Shown: in pieces, positions 9,753-15,501 of the stretch
Layout: each line of letters opens with the position of its first letter
Position numbering within the stretch: position 1 is the first letter of the stretch
Assembly (NCBI GenBank): GCA_043228905.1
Contig: JBHGNT010000798.1
Location: forward strand, 1-15,501
Reading direction: 5' to 3'
Length of the DNA stretch: 15,501 nucleotides
Source: Azolla caroliniana
Lineage: Eukaryota; Plantae; Polypodiophyta
Notes under the pieces: generated by a model
What the model was told of the DNA's origin: nothing
Databases searched by the model: none
The model's input: the letters and a program-made list of their open reading frames with translations, nothing else
Position numbers and translations under genes: made by a program

Positions 9753-10157
9753 GGTAAAGACCAAATAAGGTGTGTATCAATGGAAGGATTTGATTATCTA
9801 CTCACACTTAGAACAAGAACCACATAATAAAAGCACGTGCATGCTTTAAGAGTGCTACGTGGCAAGTGTAAGGTTCATCAGTTGTAATAGTTAGGGTTAA
9901 AATAGACCTAAGAGAAGCTATAGCAGAAAAGAAAAAGGACTTGAGCTAACTAAAACCATAGGGGGGAAGTATAAATAAACGGGAAGGGGGATTTGAAGAG
10001 TCACTACTTCTTCTTTTCTATTGGGTTTAATATCGATCCTACCATTAGATTACAACTATCAAATTTGCAATTCTAAATACAATTATCAACTCTTGTTTTT
10101 CATCAATTCGCCTATCTTTGTCTTAGCAAATATAGCCTAATCTACTTTATCTTATCA
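9753..10157 (+). mobile_element. Candidate solo LTR
   Basis: Flanked by a 5-bp direct repeat ATCTA (9748-9752 and 10158-10162). The right end is ...TCTTATCA and the left end is a degenerate GGTAAAGA (expected TGATAAGA). An internal TATAAATA at 9970-9977 lies between purine-rich sequence and a downstream pyrimidine-rich tract. Confidence 0.42.
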
Positions 10158-11959
10158 ATCTATGAAATCATATTCGAGTCTTGCATATATATCCACATAT
10201 TTCCTTGTTTCAACATTCTCTTGGTCAAGAGAGTCTTGACAATTTCGACAATGTATGCATGATTTGCACGACATCGACCATATACAAGTAACTTTGTAAA
10301 ATTCACATCTTGAACAAAACAAAATATATAGCATGATTACATAATAGTTATGATTTACAATGCCATGGTCCGTAGCCATTAATGAGAATGACATATGGAA
10401 AGTAGGAGCTTCTACACAGAAGTAAACACAAGGTGATAATAGCCAAATGATGTAGACAAACTTTCTCATGATTTAGAAATAAATAGAACATTAACAATAT
10501 ATGCATTGTATACCAAACTGTTTATGCTTTGATGTTGATAACTCTTAAGTTCTCAATAAAGAGCTACATTAATGATTTTATTTAGTGATTGAAATTTGTT
10601 GTTGAGAATGTAAATAATTAAAGCAGCTAGCATGAATATTGACTCAAAAGAAGATGAAGCTTTTGTTCTTTGATTGTGTTTGGACTCTGGAGAGACTAAC
10701 ATGTTTGAGCAATAACTTTGAAGGGCATGTCCAAATATTAATCATGTTGGAGAACACCTCAAATAAGCCATTGAACACTTCCACTTGGCATTTGCATTTC
10801 ATATCAAAGTTTTCATGAGAAGGTACATAATGAGAATGGATTTGTGGAGTTTGCCGATATTGAAGGCATTGCAGATCAACACAACTTGCATTTAAATCAA
10901 AGGTATAAAGGTAATGAACTGAATATGCATGAAATGTATGACATGGAAAATATTCACATGATGCATTTATGTTAAAGTTATAGCTATGTAAGAGACTTGA
11001 TTATTGCATTTTGTAATTGTTTTCTATAAAGTTCTTTTCTCCAAACTATAGAGACATCAACTTGGACAATTTAGATGTCTTCACAAGAGAATAGTTTCGA
11101 ATGTTATGAATTCATTTTGAGAAGGATTCATGTGCATTGATTAATTGAGGAAAATGTAAAGGAGAATGGTGATATTTTATTATGATGACGAGATATTGCT
11201 TTCGAGATAAAATCATGCACAAGTCCTGGAAATATTGTTGTAATTGTTTTCATGGATAGTGAAATATTGGTTCTTTGTTTTGCCGCTATCACCTATTGCA
11301 CATGAAAGTTCCCTCTCTTTCATGCATAGAAATTGAACTCTATTGATGTTTATAGCCATCAATACACCAAATGGGACCGAATTTAAAGAGATTTTGTAAA
11401 GAGAATGGTTTGAAGGTTGGAAGGGATTGAAGAACAAAAGAATTGGACCATTGACAACAACATAAGGTCCATCAATAAATATGTCATGACCTAGCCGAAG
11501 ATGGTCATCTCTCTATGGGTTTATACGTCAATACTTCTTTTCGCGATTGTGACATCATCTTTGGATACAATATTGTGGGTTTTTGAGTAAATGTTACATT
11601 TGTTTCTATTTGTAGCAAGCCATGGAAAAACAATGGAGAGCATTTTCTATGATGTTATGTGGATTTATGAAAAATGCCTTAGATTTGTGCTTCTAAACCA
11701 TTACTAGATATTTTAGAATGTGAATGGAATGCTAAGTTAAAAATTTGTCATCCCAAGAAGATTGAAATGCTATAAAGACATTTTCCGTGCTATTGTATGT
11801 TGCATTCCAAATTTTAACATTGGTTGGGATACCCACTTCATTTGGATGGTGCTATATATTGTTGTTTGGCATTCTCGTTGGTGCATATAGTCTCTTAAAA
11901 ACACATTGTCCAATGCATATTCTTTGGTTCTTAAGTGGCATACAATCTCTTTATCTATT

Positions 11960-12900
11960 TCATTTCACACACATAATTGTATAGGGTGATTTGTGATCTA
12001 CAAAGCAACATATATATAAATATATATATATATATTCCGCCGAAGTACCCTTTGTGTGTTCTCTTCGTCTAAAGATATGCCATGCAATAGTTTTCCCTTT
12101 ATCTATATCCAACTTGTCTTGAAGCTCTTGTTTCTTGTTCCTCAACCCATTTGCTAAGTCATGTTCAACAGATATGTAATTTGGCCAAACATGTCCAACA
12201 CCCATGTTGATCTTGTAGTTAATAGGAACAATTGTGTTCCCACTTTCTTTGTAGCCCATTTGACCTTGTCAACCTATTTCTCCATGTCACCCTAAAGACA
12301 AGCCGTTTCCTTTAATAATGCTTAGGCCATTATCGAACATTTGTTTCATTGGTGATGAATTCTTGATTACATGCATCTAGGTAAGTTTCAAGTCAATGAT
12401 TTATATCTTATTCTTTGCATCCATACATTCATCTATTTCCTTTTTCGAAGCATCTGTCATGGCACTCGTTTGGTTGACCATAGTGATATTATTTATTATT
12501 GCACATTGCCTACATTTTCTTTTGTGTAGGCATATGTCATGGTCCCATTTCCTTGATTAGTAAGTTATATATGTGTGTGAGCATTGAGCTTTTTGAATTC
12601 TTGTTATAAGTTGCTTGCTCATCTTTACTTGCATATTGTCCAACATTAATAAATATAGCAAGAGAACTTTGCCTTATAGATTTAAGTCTTCTTTACCATT
12701 TTTTGTCATTGTCCATGTAGGTTTCCCATATTATCTTATTGCTCAAGGGTGTAGTCCCGTGACCATGAGTTTGAACTTCAAGATGACGTCTTGAACATGC
12801 AAAATGTATTATTAATCCTTAAAAATAGATAAAAAGAACATATTATAATCAATGAACTAAAAAGGAGAATTTGGTAAACTTACATGAGAAAATTGAAATA
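11960..12900 (-). pseudogene. Unassigned decayed coding relic (possibly transposon-derived, possibly intron-containing)
   Basis: Track ORF 11960..12259 has a protein-like hydrophilic core (HVWPNYISVEHDLANGLRNKKQELQDKLDIDKG). Upstream minus-strand sequence is purine-rich and coding-like but has stops. There is a GTAAGT donor-like site at 12883-12878 and a damaged acceptor-like TTTTGCAT near 12800. Family not recognised. Confidence 0.25.
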
Positions 12901-14340
12901 TAAGACAACCCCTAGGGTAGAATATTTACCCAAGATTGTGAGCATATGTAGAAGCAAGACTTGGCTCAGCTTGACTGGACTCAACTTAGCGGATGAATGC
13001 CAATTTAAGATTAGAAAAGAGGAAGGACTTTTAATCAAACGAATATAAGTAAAGCACTAGATTGTGGATGGTGTCATTCTTTAATGCCAATTTCCTCCTA
13101 TTTTAAGAATCTAACAGAGAACATTGTAGGTTTTTACACGAATATTTTCAATGTTCTTGTAATTTTATTCATTTCTACTAGCCTCTCACATTACCAATGA
13201 TATTGATATTCCTTTACCTTCTTCGACGGGTATAACAAGATGATGAATTGACTACGTGATTGATATATCATTTCAATAAAAAAAAGATCCTTAGTGTGTG
13301 TTGCACTTATTAACTTACTAGGGTCTTTATCATAATAACCCTTTTCTAAGGGCATTATATGTCATAATTGGGACTATTCCACATGATGCTAAAGTAGCAA
13401 GAAAAATAACGATTAATCTCTAGATGACCATGAAATTATTAAGAAGATAAGAGGGTTGGAGAGCTTTAAGATGCATAGAATTATTGATAGGAAAGTGAAA
13501 CAAGTGGGGAAATAGAGACCTAAATTTGGGTGAATGGCATTTAATTGTGATGGCCCCATGGCATTTCAAAGGCTCCAAAGTTAGTCTAAACTTTGTTCGT
13601 TGACATGTTAGTTGAAACAAGCTTTGAAAGATTTTAGATAAGTCATAATACTCTCAAATGGAATGTGGTCCACGAAAGTTGGCACAACTTACCAACACCT
13701 AGTCAAACTTCTAGTTTTTTGAAGGCGCACAATATTCTACCAATTGACACATAAGTTTCCAATCATTGTATGTTTTCATGGTCTCTCATAGTGAGATGAT
13801 CCTTTGTAAGGATGAAATTGTAAATTAGACACTACTTGCCTTCCAAAGATCACATGTCATGATCAAAGGAGGATACATGGCCTGATCCAATTTGTTTATG
13901 GCTTGATCATTGTATGTTTACATAACATGATGATGTCCTTATAAGTCGGTGATTAGACTAATCATGTATTATACGAGCATAGAAGATGTGTTCATTTGAA
14001 TTAATTCATAATCTCGTTAAGTTCTACTACACAAAATTACTTCCTCGTCACACATCAAAGTGTATAATGATTGAATGCTTTAGGAAACCCATCATATTAT
14101 TACAACATAATTAACTTGTGACTGAAATAACAAGTCTAATAGTCATGACTATAACAAACTATTGGTCACCAAATATAACAAATCGACACAAACTATTATA
14201 ACTATGTAGCATCTAATTTAAAACTAGGACAATATCAAGCAAAATTTACTCTTCTTTTGATCACTACTTGACATGAAGAAAGGTGAGATTCCATCCATCA
14301 CAAAATTTGACACTCCCATGATCATTTCCGAGTTACTAAG

Positions 14341-14830
14341 GCAATATGACTAGTTTTGATAGTAAACGAATCGGCATTACGTAAACAATTCTGATATCAT
14401 TATCCCGGGCTTTTCTTTTACCGCTTTCCAATGCATTCAAATGTAACATCAGCTCATTTACAAGTAATCTTCTACGTACGAATAAACCCCCTTAACCGAA
14501 TTCCGGGATTTTTCTTTATTTACCCCTTTCCAATGATTTAAAACCCCTTTATTTACCATTTAAGTGAATTGATAGCAACATTAGGTAAACATGTCATGGG
14601 GTATTCTGGGATTTTGTTTACCAATTTCCAACATACTTAAAATTTAACATGCAATCATTTGCTTGATGACGGGGAAAAACTCGGTTTGATCATAACTAGT
14701 CATTGGCAACACAAGGTAAACTGGCCACTGAATAGTTGGGGCATTTCTTTACCACTTTCCAAGGTACTTAAAGAATGAGCAATTACATGTTTGTTTCCAA
14801 AGTAGTAATACTAAGAATGAAGTGCAATTG
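14341..14830. repeat. Degenerate direct-repeat array (four ~100-130 bp units plus partial copies) with a bracketing inverted repeat
   Basis: Core GGG(C/A)...TTTACC..TTTCCAA starts at ~14407, 14505, 14608 and 14738. Each is preceded by a (G/A)TAAAC motif. GCAATATGACTAGTTTTGAT (14341-14360) is inverted relative to ATCATAACTAGTCATTGGC (14689-14707). Confidence 0.75.
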
Positions 14831-15040
14831 AGCCCTAGTTGGAGTCGAAGTAGCTATCCGGGATCATCTAACATGTCGGCTTTTGAAATGAGTTCAAATT
14901 AGATTGGATCGATGTGAACGATATACATATATCAAGAGAAGTGTTGGAAGAGCTACACATGGATGAGATCATATTATTTCATGGGTTTTTGCATCTAATG
15001 ATCATTCATGGCTAACTCAAGATATATAATCTACTATATA

Positions 15041-15070
15041 TAGATAGAATCTAGATAGATAGATAGATAG
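15041..15070. repeat. Imperfect (GATA)n/(TAGA)n microsatellite in the 3' flank of the DUF3511 gene
   Basis: TAGATAGAATCTAGATAGATAGATAGATAG read directly from the sequence. Confidence 0.85.
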
Positions 15071-15114
15071 GATTAATGAAACATTTAAAAGATAATTAGA
15101 TGTTGATCTTGAAA

Positions 15115-15501
15115 TCACGGGGAACACTCCGATGATGCCAATGCATTGATCTTTGTGGTCCCATGGAATGTGTCAAGGTACTTGTCTTTGATCCATCGGA
15201 AACTTTTGCGCATCGAGGCCTTCATTTTGGTCTCGAGTGCGATCGCCTTGTAGCTCACGAGCCGGCTCCTCCGCTTCACCTCGGGGTCGAGCCGGACACC
15301 GCCCCAGCCATTGCTACAATTGGTAGTATTTGAGGAGCAAACCGGGCCTGGCGATGCGCCATTCATGGATGGGTGTGAGGTGAAGGAGGAATCTAGCTCT
15401 TGGAGGGTATATTCCCCTGTATTAGGGTTATAGTGATGGTGATAGTGATTGTGGTGCTTGGGGGTGTCTTCTGGTCCAAGCATATTCCCTCCCCAAGTGC
15501 T
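15115..15501 (-). CDS. DUF3511 domain-containing plant protein (probably 5'-partial)
   Basis: The C-terminal segment DPEVKRRSRLVSYKAIALETKMKASMRKSFRWIKDKY matches the DUF3511 signature (DPExKRKxRVAxYKxYxVExKxKxSxRxSFRWIK). GC content is clearly higher than in the flanks. Stop TGA is at 15117-15115. The frame stays open upstream of the ATG at 15483 (STWGGN-M) to the window edge. Confidence 0.9.
   Translation of the reverse strand, partial: STWGGNMLGPEDTPKHHNHYHHHYNPNTGEYTLQELDSSFTSHPSMNGASPGPVCSSNTTNCSNGWGGVRLDPEVKRRSRLVSYKAIALETKMKASMRKSFRWIKDKYLDTFHGTTKINALASSECSP

Noticed and set aside
5728-13620. Remaining short track ORFs (62-109 aa) in the intergenic tract
   Set aside because: Many start at non-ATG codons, have AT-biased composition and lack domain motifs or splice support. 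They are treated as spurious or as off-frame readings of decayed transposons.
14370-14830. CRISPR-like interpretation of the repeat/variable-spacer array
   Set aside because: Eukaryotic context, repeats too divergent, irregular spacing and no cas genes.

Overview
AT-rich eukaryotic nuclear DNA, most likely from a land plant. A bryophyte origin is only a guess. Two genes flank the window in convergent orientation. On the + strand (287-2832) are the last seven coding exons of a GC1/GUCD1-family gene (Guanylate_cyc_2, peptidase C39-like fold). All six introns are GT-AG and the frame is continuous; the 5' exons lie outside the window. On the - strand (15115 to at least 15501) is a DUF3511-family gene, uninterrupted within the window, whose frame stays open to the window edge. 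The ~12.3 kb between them looks like decayed transposon sequence. It holds a minus-strand LTR with an adjacent degenerate tRNA-iMet-type PBS, a tRNA-Leu(AAG) pseudogene, a probable LINE fragment, a candidate solo LTR and several unassignable coding relics. The least explained structures are a degenerate array of ~100-130 bp hairpin-forming units partly bracketed by an inverted repeat (~14340-14830), a ~190 bp foldback MITE-like element in a GC1 intron, and an antisense tRNA-like segment ending in CCA just 3' of the GC1 stop. Almost all ORFs in the supplied track are spurious. No clearly novel multi-gene system is supported.
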